The notes under the pieces were generated by a model. It was not told the DNA's origin, did no database searches, and saw nothing but the letters and a program-made list of their open reading frames with translations. This document shows, piece after piece, positions 23,031 through 35,231 of a stretch of 64,000 nt of DNA. A program made the translations under genes and the position numbers. Origin of the DNA: Escherichia coli (GTDB lineage Bacteria > Pseudomonadota > Gammaproteobacteria > Enterobacterales > Enterobacteriaceae); the NCBI RefSeq assembly GCF_003334335.1, contig NZ_QOWQ01000013.1; one strand, 5' to 3'. Every line of letters starts with the position of its first letter. Position 1 is the stretch's first letter.

Positions 23031-24698
23031 GTGGCTCAATTCGTTTATACCATGCATCGTGTCGGCAAAGTTGTTCCGCCGAAACGTCATATTTTGAAAA
23101 ACATCTCTCTGAGTTTCTTCCCTGGGGCAAAAATTGGTGTCCTGGGTCTGAACGGCGCGGGTAAGTCTACCCTGCTGCGCATTATGGCGGGCATTGATAA
23201 AGACATCGAAGGTGAAGCGCGTCCGCAGCCAGACATCAAGATTGGTTACCTGCCGCAGGAACCGCAGCTGAACCCGGAACACACCGTGCGTGAGTCCATT
23301 GAAGAAGCGGTTTCTGAAGTGGTTAACGCCCTGAAACGCCTGGATGAAGTGTATGCGCTGTACGCCGATCCGGATGCCGATTTTGACAAGCTGGCCGCTG
23401 AACAAGGCCGTCTGGAAGAGATCATTCAGGCTCACGACGGTCATAACCTGAACGTACAGCTGGAGCGTGCGGCGGATGCGCTACGTCTGCCGGACTGGGA
23501 CGCGAAAATCGCTAACCTCTCCGGTGGTGAGCGTCGTCGCGTAGCGTTGTGCCGCCTGCTGCTGGAAAAACCAGACATGCTGCTGCTCGACGAACCGACC
23601 AACCACCTGGATGCCGAATCCGTGGCCTGGCTGGAACGCTTCCTGCACGACTTCGAGGGCACCGTGGTGGCGATTACCCACGACCGTTACTTCCTCGATA
23701 ACGTTGCGGGCTGGATCCTCGAACTGGACCGCGGTGAAGGTATTCCGTGGGAAGGTAACTACTCCTCCTGGCTGGAGCAGAAAGATCAGCGCCTGGCGCA
23801 GGAAGCTTCACAAGAAGCGGCGCGTCGTAAGTCGATCGAGAAAGAGCTGGAGTGGGTACGTCAGGGAACTAAAGGCCGTCAGTCGAAAGGTAAAGCACGT
23901 CTGGCACGCTTTGAAGAACTAAACAGCACCGAATATCAGAAACGTAACGAAACCAACGAACTGTTTATTCCACCTGGACCACGTCTGGGCGACAAAGTGC
24001 TGGAAGTCAGCAACCTGAGTAAATCCTATGGCGATCGCCTGCTGATTGATGACCTGAGCTTCTCGATCCCGAAAGGGGCGATCGTCGGGATCATCGGTCC
24101 GAACGGCGCGGGTAAATCGACCCTGTTCCGTATGATCTCCGGTCAGGAACAGCCGGACAGCGGCACCATCACTTTGGGTGAAACGGTGAAACTGGCGTCG
24201 GTTGATCAGTTCCGTGACTCAATGGATAACAGCAAAACCGTTTGGGAAGAAGTTTCCGGCGGGCTGGATATCATGAAGATTGGCAACACCGAGATGCCAA
24301 GCCGCGCTTACGTTGGCCGCTTTAACTTTAAAGGGGTTGATCAGGGTAAACGTGTTGGTGAACTTTCCGGTGGTGAGCGCGGTCGTCTGCATCTGGCGAA
24401 GCTGCTGCAGGTTGGCGGCAACATGCTGCTGCTCGACGAACCAACCAACGACCTGGATATCGAAACCCTGCGCGCGCTGGAAAACGCCCTGCTGGAGTTC
24501 CCGGGCTGCGCGATGGTTATCTCGCACGACCGTTGGTTCCTCGACCGTATCGCCACGCACATTCTGGACTACCAGGATGAAGGTAAAGTTGAGTTCTTCG
24601 AAGGTAACTTTACCGAGTACGAAGAGTACAAAAAACGCACGCTGGGCGCAGACGCGCTGGAGCCGAAGCGTATCAAGTACAAGCGTATTGCGAAGTAA
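23031..24698 (+). CDS. ettA: energy-dependent translational throttle ABC-F protein EttA
   Basis: 555-aa ORF with two ABC ATPase domains (GLNGAGKST, GPNGAGKST Walker A; two LSGGE signatures). Confidence 0.95.
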   Translation: MAQFVYTMHRVGKVVPPKRHILKNISLSFFPGAKIGVLGLNGAGKSTLLRIMAGIDKDIEGEARPQPDIKIGYLPQEPQLNPEHTVRESIEEAVSEVVNALKRLDEVYALYADPDADFDKLAAEQGRLEEIIQAHDGHNLNVQLERAADALRLPDWDAKIANLSGGERRRVALCRLLLEKPDMLLLDEPTNHLDAESVAWLERFLHDFEGTVVAITHDRYFLDNVAGWILELDRGEGIPWEGNYSSWLEQKDQRLAQEASQEAARRKSIEKELEWVRQGTKGRQSKGKARLARFEELNSTEYQKRNETNELFIPPGPRLGDKVLEVSNLSKSYGDRLLIDDLSFSIPKGAIVGIIGPNGAGKSTLFRMISGQEQPDSGTITLGETVKLASVDQFRDSMDNSKTVWEEVSGGLDIMKIGNTEMPSRAYVGRFNFKGVDQGKRVGELSGGERGRLHLAKLLQVGGNMLLLDEPTNDLDIETLRALENALLEFPGCAMVISHDRWFLDRIATHILDYQDEGKVEFFEGNFTEYEEYKKRTLGADALEPKRIKYKRIAK

Positions 24699-24699
24699 T

Positions 24700-24865
24700 G
24701 CGTAAAATGCCGGATGCGGCGCGAACGCCTTATCCGGCCTACAAAACCAGCAATTTCAATACGTTGTAAAACTGTAGGCCTGATAAGACGCGGTAAGCGT
24801 CGCATCAGGCATTGAGCACCGAATGCCGGATACGGCGTGAACGCCTTTTCCGGCCTACAACAGCC
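24700..24865. repeat. REP/BIME palindromic repeats
   Basis: repeated gccggatgcggcg...cttatccggcctaca and taggcctgataagacgcg motifs. Confidence 0.6.
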
Positions 24866-25005
24866 TTAGTATCCGCAATTTCGTAGCGGGTCACCCGTGC
24901 TGATTCTTTTAAACCTTGTTTAATCTCGACAGCCTCTTCCAGAGAGGTTTTCAACTCATCAAAAAAACTCATTTTATACCTCGCCTTTGAGCAGTTTCGT
25001 CACGG

Positions 25006-26238
25006 TTACCTCTGCTCCCCCATCATCTCCCGCACCAGCTCCACGCAGCGCAGGAAACGGCTGTCATAATCGTCCTCTTCAACCCGCACGAATTCGATAT
25101 TGTTCTCTTCCAGCATCTCCACCAGCAAGTTCTGGAACTCTTTGCGATCCACCGAACTGCCGAGGCTGCGTAAACCATCCGCCACCCACGGCGTGTTGTT
25201 CTCCAGCAGGATCACCAGATCGAAACGGTATTCATCAATCAACGCCTGCACGAACGGATGCTCACGCCCTTCGTACTTTTTGCAGAACGCCTGGGTAGTG
25301 ACAAAATCAGTGTCAATAAACGCCACTTTATTGGCGTATTTCACTGCAAAATCAATGTATTGAGCGTGGCCCAGCGCGATTTTATCGTAGTCGGAATACT
25401 GCAATGCGATCTCATCACCGCCGAGGTGTGAAAAGACATAATCGCGACCATATTCCCACGCACTGGTGGTATTGAAGATATTGGCAAGTTTGTTTACCAG
25501 GGTGGATTTACCGCTCGACTCGCCGCCAAGGATCGCCACGGTACGCACAAAGAACGGCTTCACTTCCGTAGGAATATATTCCCAGTAGCGGAACGGGTTT
25601 TCGCGGATCTGCGCACCGCTGATACTCATAAAGGTACGCTTCGGATCGACCAGCACCGTCTCGATCCCCAGATGTTCCATATACTGTGGCGCATCGGCTT
25701 CTTCCGAGGTGTAGATCAGGTCCGGCTGGATCCCCTTTTCAGCCATAAACTTTTTGATGCCGTTGCTCCACACATCCCAGCCGTGCGGATATGGCTCCAT
25801 GCCCTCTTCGTTGAAAGCATGAATGCGAATATTTTTCTGATATTTAAAGGTTTGCAATAACCAGCGCAGACGATCCGGCACCGTGGGCTGCTGCGACATG
25901 GCGCTGTCTTCAAACAACGCGCGGTCGCGGGTATCGTCAAAGCCCATAATGATATGCAGCTCGTCAACCTGGCTACAGGCGCGCTGGATAAGGTAGATAT
26001 GTCCGGTATGCAGCGGGTAGAACTTACCGAATACCACACCGATGGTTTTCTTCTGCCGGGGAAATTCAAGCCCCAAAAAACGGTGCAATGCCTCCAGCTT
26101 TTGTGCGCTGGGGCTTTTAATTTTGGCATTCAGTAACTGGCTTAAATACCCTTTGGTCATACCGCTGGCATCAGCGACCTGCTGTAGCGTGCAGCCCTGT
26201 TGCTTGATGGCAGTTTTCAGGTAATCAAATGACGACAT
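25006..26238 (-). CDS. nadR: trifunctional NAD biosynthesis/regulator protein NadR
   Basis: ORF 25006..26259 trimmed to MSSFDYLKTAIKQQGCTLQQVADASGMTKGYLSQLL (410 aa). Confidence 0.95.
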   Translation of the reverse strand: MSSFDYLKTAIKQQGCTLQQVADASGMTKGYLSQLLNAKIKSPSAQKLEALHRFLGLEFPRQKKTIGVVFGKFYPLHTGHIYLIQRACSQVDELHIIMGFDDTRDRALFEDSAMSQQPTVPDRLRWLLQTFKYQKNIRIHAFNEEGMEPYPHGWDVWSNGIKKFMAEKGIQPDLIYTSEEADAPQYMEHLGIETVLVDPKRTFMSISGAQIRENPFRYWEYIPTEVKPFFVRTVAILGGESSGKSTLVNKLANIFNTTSAWEYGRDYVFSHLGGDEIALQYSDYDKIALGHAQYIDFAVKYANKVAFIDTDFVTTQAFCKKYEGREHPFVQALIDEYRFDLVILLENNTPWVADGLRSLGSSVDRKEFQNLLVEMLEENNIEFVRVEEDDYDSRFLRCVELVREMMGEQR

Positions 26239-26258
26239 ATCTCCCTCCGTATCTCTCA

Positions 26259-27641
26259 TTATAAGTCGTCGAACACGCTAAGCGCGTCGGAGAGTTTTTT
26301 AACGCCAAAAATCTGCATCCCTTCCGGCGCTTTTTTCGGCACATTAGCCGCCGGAACAATCGCCCGGCGAAAACCGTGTTTCGCCGCTTCAGAGATTCGT
26401 TCCTGACCGCTGGGCACCGGGCGGATCTCCCCTGCCAGCCCGACTTCACCAAACACCACCAGATCCTGTGGCAGCGGTCTGTCACGCAGGCTGGAAACCA
26501 TCGCCAGCAGTAACGCTAAGTCGGCACTGGTTTCGGTTACCTTCACGCCACCGACCACGTTCACAAACACATCCTGATCGGCCATTTGCAGACCACCGTG
26601 ACGGTGCAACACAGCCAGCAGGATTGCCAGACGGTTTTGTTCCAGCCCCACTGCCACGCGGCGTGGGTTCGCCATCATCGAGTGATCGACCAGCGCCTGA
26701 ATCTCCACCAGCAGTGGACGCGTTCCTTCCCATACCACCATCACTGAACTACCAGAGGTCACTTCATCGCCACGGCTTAAGAAAATTGCCGAAGGGTTGC
26801 TGACTTCACGCAGACCCTGTTCGGTCATCGCGAATACGCCCAGCTCATTCACCGCGCCGAAGCGGTTTTTATGGCTGCGTAAGGTGCGAAAACGGGAGTC
26901 GGCATCGCCATCCAAAAGCACCGAACAGTCGATACAGTGTTCCAGCACTTTAGGGCCAGCCAGCGAGCCATCTTTGGTTACGTGCCCCACCATGACAATC
27001 GCCACACCGCGCGTTTTGGCGAAGCGCGTCAGATAAGCCGCTGTTTCACGCACCTGCGCCACGCTGCCAGGCGATGATTGTACATCCGCCATATGCATCA
27101 CCTGGATGGAGTCAATTACCATCAGCTTCGGTTGCTCTTCTTCGGCAATCAGGCAGATCTGCTCGATGCTGGTTTCCGACAACATATTGAGATTGTCAGT
27201 CGGCAGGCCAAGGCGATGAGCGCGCATTGCCACCTGTTGCAGCGACTCTTCGCCAGTGACATACAGCGTTTTCATCTGCTGGGCCAGTTTGCACAGCGTT
27301 TGCAGCAACAGCGTGGATTTCCCGGCACCTGGGTTACCGCCAATCAGAATGGCGCTTCCCGGCACCACACCGCCGCCTAGTACGCGGTCGAACTCTTTAA
27401 ATCCGGTGGAAAAACGCGGCAGCTCTTCAAGGCTGATATCGGAAAGTTTCTGGACTTTTGCCACCCCTGCGCTACCGGCATAGCCACTGAGACGCTCGTT
27501 ACGCGCCACCGTTGGCGACGCTGCAAGACGCACCTCGGTGATGGTGTTCCAGGCATGACAGGCGCTGCACTGCCCCTGCCAGCGCGGATAATCGGCCCCG
27601 CATTCATTACAAACAAAGGCGCGTTTTGGAGCTTTTGCCAC
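26259..27641 (-). CDS. radA: DNA repair protein RadA (Sms)
   Basis: ORF 26259..27689; recognised N-terminus (V/M)AKAPKRAFVCNECGADYPRWQGQCSAC starts at a GTG; zinc finger, Walker A GNPGAGKST. Confidence 0.9.
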   Translation of the reverse strand: MAKAPKRAFVCNECGADYPRWQGQCSACHAWNTITEVRLAASPTVARNERLSGYAGSAGVAKVQKLSDISLEELPRFSTGFKEFDRVLGGGVVPGSAILIGGNPGAGKSTLLLQTLCKLAQQMKTLYVTGEESLQQVAMRAHRLGLPTDNLNMLSETSIEQICLIAEEEQPKLMVIDSIQVMHMADVQSSPGSVAQVRETAAYLTRFAKTRGVAIVMVGHVTKDGSLAGPKVLEHCIDCSVLLDGDADSRFRTLRSHKNRFGAVNELGVFAMTEQGLREVSNPSAIFLSRGDEVTSGSSVMVVWEGTRPLLVEIQALVDHSMMANPRRVAVGLEQNRLAILLAVLHRHGGLQMADQDVFVNVVGGVKVTETSADLALLLAMVSSLRDRPLPQDLVVFGEVGLAGEIRPVPSGQERISEAAKHGFRRAIVPAANVPKKAPEGMQIFGVKKLSDALSVFDDL

Positions 27642-27689
27642 GGTGTACCTCGTTAATGCTATGCCGCCCGCAGGATGACGGGCGAGCAA

Positions 27690-28658
27690 TTACTTCTGAT
27701 TCAGGCTGCCAGAGAGGATGCAGAATACCCCCATCAGGTCAGCGTGACGGATGGTGACTTCCGTCTTTTCATTCACTTTTGGCTTGGCATGGTAGGCAAT
27801 CCCCAGCCCTGCCGCTTTGATCATCGGCAGGTCATTGGCTCCATCGCCAATCGCCACGGTCTGCGCCAGCGGGATTTCATACTCCTGCGCGAGGCGCGTC
27901 AGGGTTTTCGCTTTATATTGCGCGTCTACGATGTCGCCGATCACATTGCCGGTAAATTTACCGTCCATGATCTCCAGTTCATTGGCTACCACGGCGGTCA
28001 GGCGCAGCTTGTCGCGCAGGTATTCAGCAAAGAAAGTAAAGCCGCCGGAGGCAATCGCCACTTTCCAGCCCAGCGTTTCCAGCTTGAGCACCAGTTGCGT
28101 TAAGCCTGGCATCAGCGGCAGATTTTCACGCACCTGTTGCAGAATATTGGCGTCAGCGCCTTTCAGCGTCACCACGCGGCTGCGCAGGCTGGCGGTAAAA
28201 TCGAGTTCGCCGCGCATCGCCCGTTCGGTTACTTCCGCCACCATCTCGCCCGTTCCGGCCAGTTTGGCAATTTCATCAATACATTCAATCTGGATGGCGG
28301 TGGAGTCCATATCCATCACCAGCAAACCCGGCGTGCGCAGATGCGGGATTTTCCCCAGCGGCGCGACATCCAGTTGCGCTTCATGGGCCAGGCGCGTAGC
28401 CCGCGCGGTGAGTGAACCTGCCAGACGAATCACCTGATAATCTTCCACGCACCAGGCGGCAACAATCACCATCGCCGCGCCCAGTTTGCTCTGGTATTGG
28501 GTCAGACGTTGTTTATCCAGCCCACGACCATACAGCAGCCAGCCGCTACGACCTGCGTGGTAATCCAGTGGCATCACTTCATCACCACTTAATGAAAGAG
28601 GCAGACCCGGCCATAAAGAGACATCTTCAGGCAGGTCGCACCAGGTAATGTTAGGCAT
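27690..28658 (-). CDS. serB: phosphoserine phosphatase
   Basis: ORF 27690..28796 trimmed to MPNITWCDLPEDVSLWPGLPLSLSGDEV (322 aa); HAD motif DMDST. Confidence 0.95.
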   Translation of the reverse strand: MPNITWCDLPEDVSLWPGLPLSLSGDEVMPLDYHAGRSGWLLYGRGLDKQRLTQYQSKLGAAMVIVAAWCVEDYQVIRLAGSLTARATRLAHEAQLDVAPLGKIPHLRTPGLLVMDMDSTAIQIECIDEIAKLAGTGEMVAEVTERAMRGELDFTASLRSRVVTLKGADANILQQVRENLPLMPGLTQLVLKLETLGWKVAIASGGFTFFAEYLRDKLRLTAVVANELEIMDGKFTGNVIGDIVDAQYKAKTLTRLAQEYEIPLAQTVAIGDGANDLPMIKAAGLGIAYHAKPKVNEKTEVTIRHADLMGVFCILSGSLNQK

Positions 28659-28763
28659 TAAGGCTCCTGTAAAATCGTTCGAAGCAGGGAAAATAACGCA
28701 TGAGGCTACCTTGTATCCATTGCTTCTGGCAACATTAAGTCTCAAATTTTCAAAGGGTGGAAG

Positions 28764-29408
28764 ATGGCTCGCACAAAACTGAAATTCCGGCTGCATCGGG
28801 CAGTGATTGTCCTGTTCTGTCTTGCCTTGTTAGTGGCGCTGATGCAGGGGGCGTCATGGTTTAGTCAAAACCACCAGCGACAGCGTAATCCACAGCTGGA
28901 AGAACTGGCCCGCACCCTGGCGCGTCAGGTGACGCTGAACGTTGCACCGCTGATGCGTACCGACTCACCGGATGAAAAACGCATTCAGGCGATCCTCGAT
29001 CAGTTAACGGATGAAAGCCGTATCCTCGACGCGGGCGTGTATGACGAACAAGGCGATCTTATCGCCCGTTCTGGCGAAAGCGTCGAAGTGCGCGACCGGC
29101 TGGCGCTCGACGGTAAAAAAGCGGGCGGTTATTTTAACCAGCAGATTGTCGAGCCAATTGCGGGGAAAAACGGACCGCTCGGCTATCTACGCCTGACGCT
29201 CGACACTCACACGCTCGCCACCGAAGCCCAACAGGTGGATAACACCACTAACATTTTACGCCTGATGTTGCTGCTCTCACTGGCAATCGGCGTAGTGCTG
29301 ACCCGCACGCTGCTACAGGGTAAACGTACCCGCTGGCAGCAATCGCCCTTCCTGTTAACCGCCAGCAAACCGGTGCCGGAAGAGGAAGAAAGCGAGAAAA
29401 AAGAGTGA
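28764..29408 (+). CDS. ytjB: inner membrane protein YtjB (Smp)
   Basis: 214-aa ORF MARTKLKFRLHRAVIVLFCLALLVALMQG... Confidence 0.9.
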   Translation: MARTKLKFRLHRAVIVLFCLALLVALMQGASWFSQNHQRQRNPQLEELARTLARQVTLNVAPLMRTDSPDEKRIQAILDQLTDESRILDAGVYDEQGDLIARSGESVEVRDRLALDGKKAGGYFNQQIVEPIAGKNGPLGYLRLTLDTHTLATEAQQVDNTTNILRLMLLLSLAIGVVLTRTLLQGKRTRWQQSPFLLTASKPVPEEEESEKKE

Positions 29409-29435
29409 CCCATTACTACAAGAAAGGAAATCGTT

Positions 29436-30452
29436 ATGTCCACATTACGCCTGCTCATCTCTGACTCTTACGACCCGTGGTTTAACCTGGCGGTGGAGGA
29501 GTGTATTTTTCGCCAGATGCCCGCCACGCAGCGCGTTCTGTTTCTCTGGCGCAATGCCGACACGGTAGTGATTGGTCGCGCGCAGAACCCGTGGAAAGAG
29601 TGTAATACCCGGCGGATGGAAGAAGATAACGTCCGCCTGGCGCGGCGCAGTAGCGGTGGCGGCGCGGTGTTCCACGATCTCGGCAATACCTGTTTTACCT
29701 TTATGGCTGGCAAGCCGGAGTACGATAAAACCATCTCCACGTCGATTGTGCTCAATGCGCTGAACGCGCTTGGCGTCAGCGCCGAAGCGTCCGGACGTAA
29801 CGATCTGGTGGTGAAAACCGTCGAAGGCGACCGCAAAGTCTCAGGCTCGGCCTATCGCGAAACCAAAGATCGTGGCTTCCACCACGGCACTTTGCTGCTC
29901 AATGCCGACCTTAGCCGCCTGGCAAACTATCTCAATCCGGATAAAAAGAAACTGGCGGCGAAAGGCATTACGTCGGTACGTTCCCGCGTGACCAACCTCA
30001 CCGAGCTGTTGCCGGGGATCACCCATGAGCAGGTTTGCGAGGCCATAACCGAGGCCTTTTTCGCTCATTATGGCGAGCGTGTAGAAGCGGAAATCATCTC
30101 CCCGGACAAAACGCCAGACTTGCCGAACTTCGCCGAAACCTTTGCCCGCCAGAGTAGCTGGGAATGGAACTTCGGTCAGGCTCCGGCATTCTCGCATCTG
30201 CTGGATGAACGCTTTACCTGGGGCGGCGTGGAACTGCATTTCGACGTTGAAAAAGGCCATATCACCCGCGCCCAGGTGTTTACCGATAGCCTCAACCCCG
30301 CGCCGCTGGAAGCCCTCGCCGGACGACTGCAAGGCTGCCTGTACCGCGCAGATATGCTGCAACAAGAGTGCGAAGCGCTGTTGGTTGACTTCCCGGAACA
30401 GGAAAAAGAGCTACGGGAGTTGTCGACGTGGATAGCGGGGGCGGTGCGGTAA
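29436..30452 (+). CDS. lplA: lipoate-protein ligase A
   Basis: 338-aa [58 protein letters not shown]. Confidence 0.95.
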   Translation: MSTLRLLISDSYDPWFNLAVEECIFRQMPATQRVLFLWRNADTVVIGRAQNPWKECNTRRMEEDNVRLARRSSGGGAVFHDLGNTCFTFMAGKPEYDKTISTSIVLNALNALGVSAEASGRNDLVVKTVEGDRKVSGSAYRETKDRGFHHGTLLLNADLSRLANYLNPDKKKLAAKGITSVRSRVTNLTELLPGITHEQVCEAITEAFFAHYGERVEAEIISPDKTPDLPNFAETFARQSSWEWNFGQAPAFSHLLDERFTWGGVELHFDVEKGHITRAQVFTDSLNPAPLEALAGRLQGCLYRADMLQQECEALLVDFPEQEKELRELSTWIAGAVR

Positions 30453-30483
30453 CTCGCTGATTAAAATATCCAAGGAAGGAAAT

Positions 30484-30747
30484 ATGATCGATCTGGAGAA
30501 CCAGGAACGGGAGATTATCAATTTAATGTTCAGCCAGGGTATATCCTGGCTAGCCGCCGTGCGTATCAGGCATAAATTATCGCTTGCTGAAGTAAGTAAA
30601 ATGTTAGGTATCTCGATTAATTCTCTAAAACAGATCGAAAAGACGGAACGGCTTAGCTCAAACATCAAAAGCAAAATGGCAGAAATTTATGGTTGTCCAT
30701 CAGAGTTGCTGATATGCCCTTCCTGGATGACGGCTGAACATAAATGA
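30484..30747 (+). CDS. hypothetical small XRE-family helix-turn-helix protein (87 aa)
   Basis: ORF with HTH-like segment KLSLAEVSKMLGISINSLKQIE; AT-rich; occupies the position where I recall yjjJ in K-12; no recognised named homolog. Confidence 0.45.
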   Translation: MIDLENQEREIINLMFSQGISWLAAVRIRHKLSLAEVSKMLGISINSLKQIEKTERLSSNIKSKMAEIYGCPSELLICPSWMTAEHK

Positions 30748-30845
30748 ATAGATTCGTGAATAGATACTTGAATGGATTTTATTTTCTATCCATATGAAAA
30801 ATAATAGTAAATCTATAAATCAGTTGCTATTGATGAATAGATACT

Positions 30846-30876
30846 AAAAAGCCGGAGCAGTCTCCCACTCCGGCTT
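30846..30876 (-). terminator. deo operon (deoD) rho-independent terminator
   Basis: minus-strand hairpin agccggag...ctccggct followed by TTTTT downstream of deoD stop. Confidence 0.6.
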
Positions 30877-30907
30877 CACACGACAATCGCCTTTCAGCGA
30901 AACACAA

Positions 30908-31627
30908 TTACTCTTTATCGCCCAGCAGAACGGATTCCAGTGCGATTTTGATCATGTCGTTGAAGGTGGTCTGACGCTCAGCGGCAGTGGTCTGCTCGTG
31001 AGTGCGGATGTGGTCAGACACGGTGCAGATGGTCAGGGCTTTCGCGCCAAATTCTGCAGCGACGCCGTAGATACCAGCCGCTTCCATTTCCACGCCGAGG
31101 ATGCCGTATTTTTCCATCACGTCGAACATTTCGCCGTCCGGAGAGTAGAACAGGTCAGCGGAGAACAGGTTACCCACGCGAGCATCAACGCCCAGTGCTT
31201 TAGCCGCGTCTACCGCGTTACGCACCATGTCAAAGTCAGCGATAGCGGCAAAGTCATGGTCTTTAAAACGGATGCGGTTAACTTTGGAATCGGTGCAGGC
31301 ACCCATACCGATAACGACGTCGCGTAGTTTTACGTGCGGCAGAACTGCGCCACAGGAACCCACGCGGATAATTTTCTTCACGCCGAAATCGGTGATCAGT
31401 TCTTTGGTGTAGATGGAGCAGGACGGGATACCCATACCGTGACCCATTACGGAAATTTTGCGGCCTTTGTAAGTACCGGTGAAGCCCAGCATACCGCGAA
31501 CGTTGTTCACTTCACGGGCATCTTCAAGGAAAGTTTCAGCAATATACTTCGCACGCAGCGGGTCGCCTGGCATCAAAACTACGTCAGCGAAATCGCCCAT
31601 TTCTGCATTAATGTGTGGGGTAGCCAT
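30908..31627 (-). CDS. deoD: purine nucleoside phosphorylase DeoD
   Basis: ORF 30908..31684 trimmed to [33 protein letters not shown] (239 aa). Confidence 0.95.
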   Translation of the reverse strand: MATPHINAEMGDFADVVLMPGDPLRAKYIAETFLEDAREVNNVRGMLGFTGTYKGRKISVMGHGMGIPSCSIYTKELITDFGVKKIIRVGSCGAVLPHVKLRDVVIGMGACTDSKVNRIRFKDHDFAAIADFDMVRNAVDAAKALGVDARVGNLFSADLFYSPDGEMFDVMEKYGILGVEMEAAGIYGVAAEFGAKALTICTVSDHIRTHEQTTAAERQTTFNDMIKIALESVLLGDKE

Positions 31628-31683
31628 TGTTTTATCCTTTTTGTGACATAACAAAGGCGGAGTCAACGCTCCGCCCAAATCCA

Positions 31684-32928
<1,245 letters not shown>

Positions 32929-32958
32929 TCAAATTTAAATGATCAGATCAGTATACCG

Positions 32959-34281
32959 TTATTCGCTGATACGGCGATAGACAGTTGGTGTGCTTTCCGG
33001 TGCTTTATCGGCAAGTTTAATTGCCGCTTTCACCGCTTTCGCCGCTTCCTGCCAGCTGTTTTCGTCTTTCGCGTGGATAACCGCCAGCGGACGCTGACCG
33101 TCTACCTGGTCGCCCAAACGCGCCATATCAGTAAAGCCGACGCTGTAATCGATGGTGTCAGATGCCTGACGACGACCGCCGCCCATTGCAACCACTGCCA
33201 TCCCCAGCGCGCGGGTATCCATTTCACTGACAAAACCTTCGGTATCAGCATAGACTGCTTTCGTCAGCATCGCTGTCGGCAGATACTTCGCGTAGTTCTC
33301 AACGAAGTCGGTCGGGCCTTTTTGTGCCGCTACCATACGACCAAAGACTTCTGCCGCTTTACCGTTGTCCAGCACCGCCTGCAATTTCGCGCGCGCTTCG
33401 GCGTCATCTTTCGCCAGTTTGCCGGAGATCAGCATCTCCACACACAGCGCCATCGTGACATCAAACAGACGCGGGTTACGATATTCACCCGTCAGGAACT
33501 GCACCGCTTCACGAACTTCAACCGCGTTACCGGCACTGGAGGCCAGCACCTGATTCATATCGGTGAGCAGCGCGGTGGTGCGCACGCCAGCGCCGTTAGC
33601 CACGCCAACAATCGCTTCAGCAAGGGCTTCAGAGAGTTCGTAGGTCGGCATAAATGCACCGCTACCCACTTTCACGTCCATCACCAGCGCATCCAGACCT
33701 TCCGCCAGTTTCTTCGCCAGGATCGAGGCAGTGATCAGCGGGATGGAGTCCACGGTTGCGGTAATATCACGGGTCGCGTAGAAACGTTTATCCGCCGGAG
33801 CCAGTGAGCTGGTCTGACCGATAATCGCCACGCCGACGTCTTTAATAATTTCGCGGAAACGGTTGTCATCCGGGAAAATGTCGAAGCCAGGGATGGATTC
33901 CAGTTTGTCGAGCGTACCGCCAGTATGACCGAGGCCGCGACCGGAGATCATCGGAATATAGCCGCCGCAGGCAGCGACCATCGGCCCCAACATCAGCGAA
34001 GTGACGTCGCCGACGCCACCAGTGGAATGTTTATCAACAATCGGGCCATTCAGATGCAGGCTTTTCCAGTCGAGAACGGTTCCTGAATCTCGCATCGCCA
34101 TGGTCAGCGAGACACGCTCAGGCATTGTCATATCGTGGAAGAAAATGGTCATCGCGAGGGCGGCAATCTGCCCTTCGGAGATAGTGTTGTCGCGAATACC
34201 GTTGATAAAGAAACGAATTTCTTCATCGCTCAGCGCATGACCATCACGTTTTTTACGAATAATTTCTTGTGCGAGAAACAA
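32959..34281 (-). CDS. deoA: thymidine phosphorylase
   Basis: 440-aa [51 protein letters not shown]. Confidence 0.95.
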
Positions 34282-34311
34282 GGTAACCTCCCGTGGAAAA
34301 GAGTATGAGGC

Positions 34312-34398
34312 GGCTTTTGCCGGATGCGTCTACGCCTTATCCGGCCTACGGGTAGATACGTCTCGTAGGCCTGATAAGCGCAGCGCATCAGGCGTAAA
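34312..34398. repeat. REP palindromic repeats between deoC and deoA
   Basis: gccggatgcgtctacgccttatccggcctac and taggcctgataagcgcagcgcatcaggc. Confidence 0.6.
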
Positions 34399-34407
34399 GC
34401 ATCTTAC

Positions 34408-35187
34408 TTAGTAGCTGCTGGCGCTCTTACCGTCGCCGTGGCCCAGCGCTTTCAACAGGCTTGCCAGCAGGCTGGAAGCGCCAAAGCGGTAGTGACGCGC
34501 ATCTGCCCAGTCAGCACCGAACAGTTCATCTGCAATCGCGAGATATTTCTGCGCATCTTCCGCAGTACGCACGCCGCCCGCTGGTTTGAAACCAACGGTT
34601 TTTTCTACGCCCATATCACGGATCACTTCCATCATGATGCGCGCGCTTTCCGGCGTCGCGTTCACAGCCACTTTACCGGTAGAGGTTTTGATGAAGTCCG
34701 CACCCGCTTTGATGGAGATTTCAGACGCTTTACGGATCAGCGCTTCGTCTTTTAGTTCGCCGGTTTCGATGATCACTTTCAGCAGTACATTCGCTGCCGC
34801 GCAAGCCTCTTTACAGGCTTTCACCAGGTCAAAACCAACCTGCTCGTTACCCGCCATCAGCGCGCGGTACGGGAACACCACGTCAACTTCATCGGCACCG
34901 TAGGCGATTGCCGCACGGGTTTCTGCCAGCGCGATTTCGATGTCGTCGTTACCGTGTGGGAAGTTGGTTACCGTAGCAATACGGATTTCCGGGGTGCCCT
35001 GCTCTTTCAGTGTTTTGCGAGCAATCGGGATAAAGCGAGGATAGATACAGATAGCGGCGGTATTGCCGACCGGGGTTTTGGCCTGATGACACAGAGCAAT
35101 TACTTTCTCGTCGGTGTCGTCGTCATTCAGGGTGGTCAGGTCCATTAATTTCAGTGCACGCAGGCTGCTTGCTTTCAGATCAGTCAT
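34408..35187 (-). CDS. deoC: deoxyribose-phosphate aldolase
   Basis: ORF 34408..35211 trimmed to [50 protein letters not shown] (259 aa). Confidence 0.95.
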
Positions 35188-35231
35188 TTCATTCTCCTGG
35201 CTTGTCGCCAATAAAATTCACCTTGCGAGTT

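Noticed and set aside
22818-27641. GTG start codons at slt and radA as possible pseudogene indicators
   Set aside because: The reading frames are full-length and intact; non-ATG starts are common and the downstream sequence matches functional proteins
27817-28437. 206-aa plus-strand ORF inside serB
   Set aside because: Shadow ORF antisense to serB with a Ser/Ala/Arg-rich low-complexity translation
30453-30907. Engineered scar or cassette remnant at the lplA-deoD junction
   Set aside because: No FRT, loxP or resistance gene sequence is present; the segment looks like native AT-rich DNA with an intact deoD terminator
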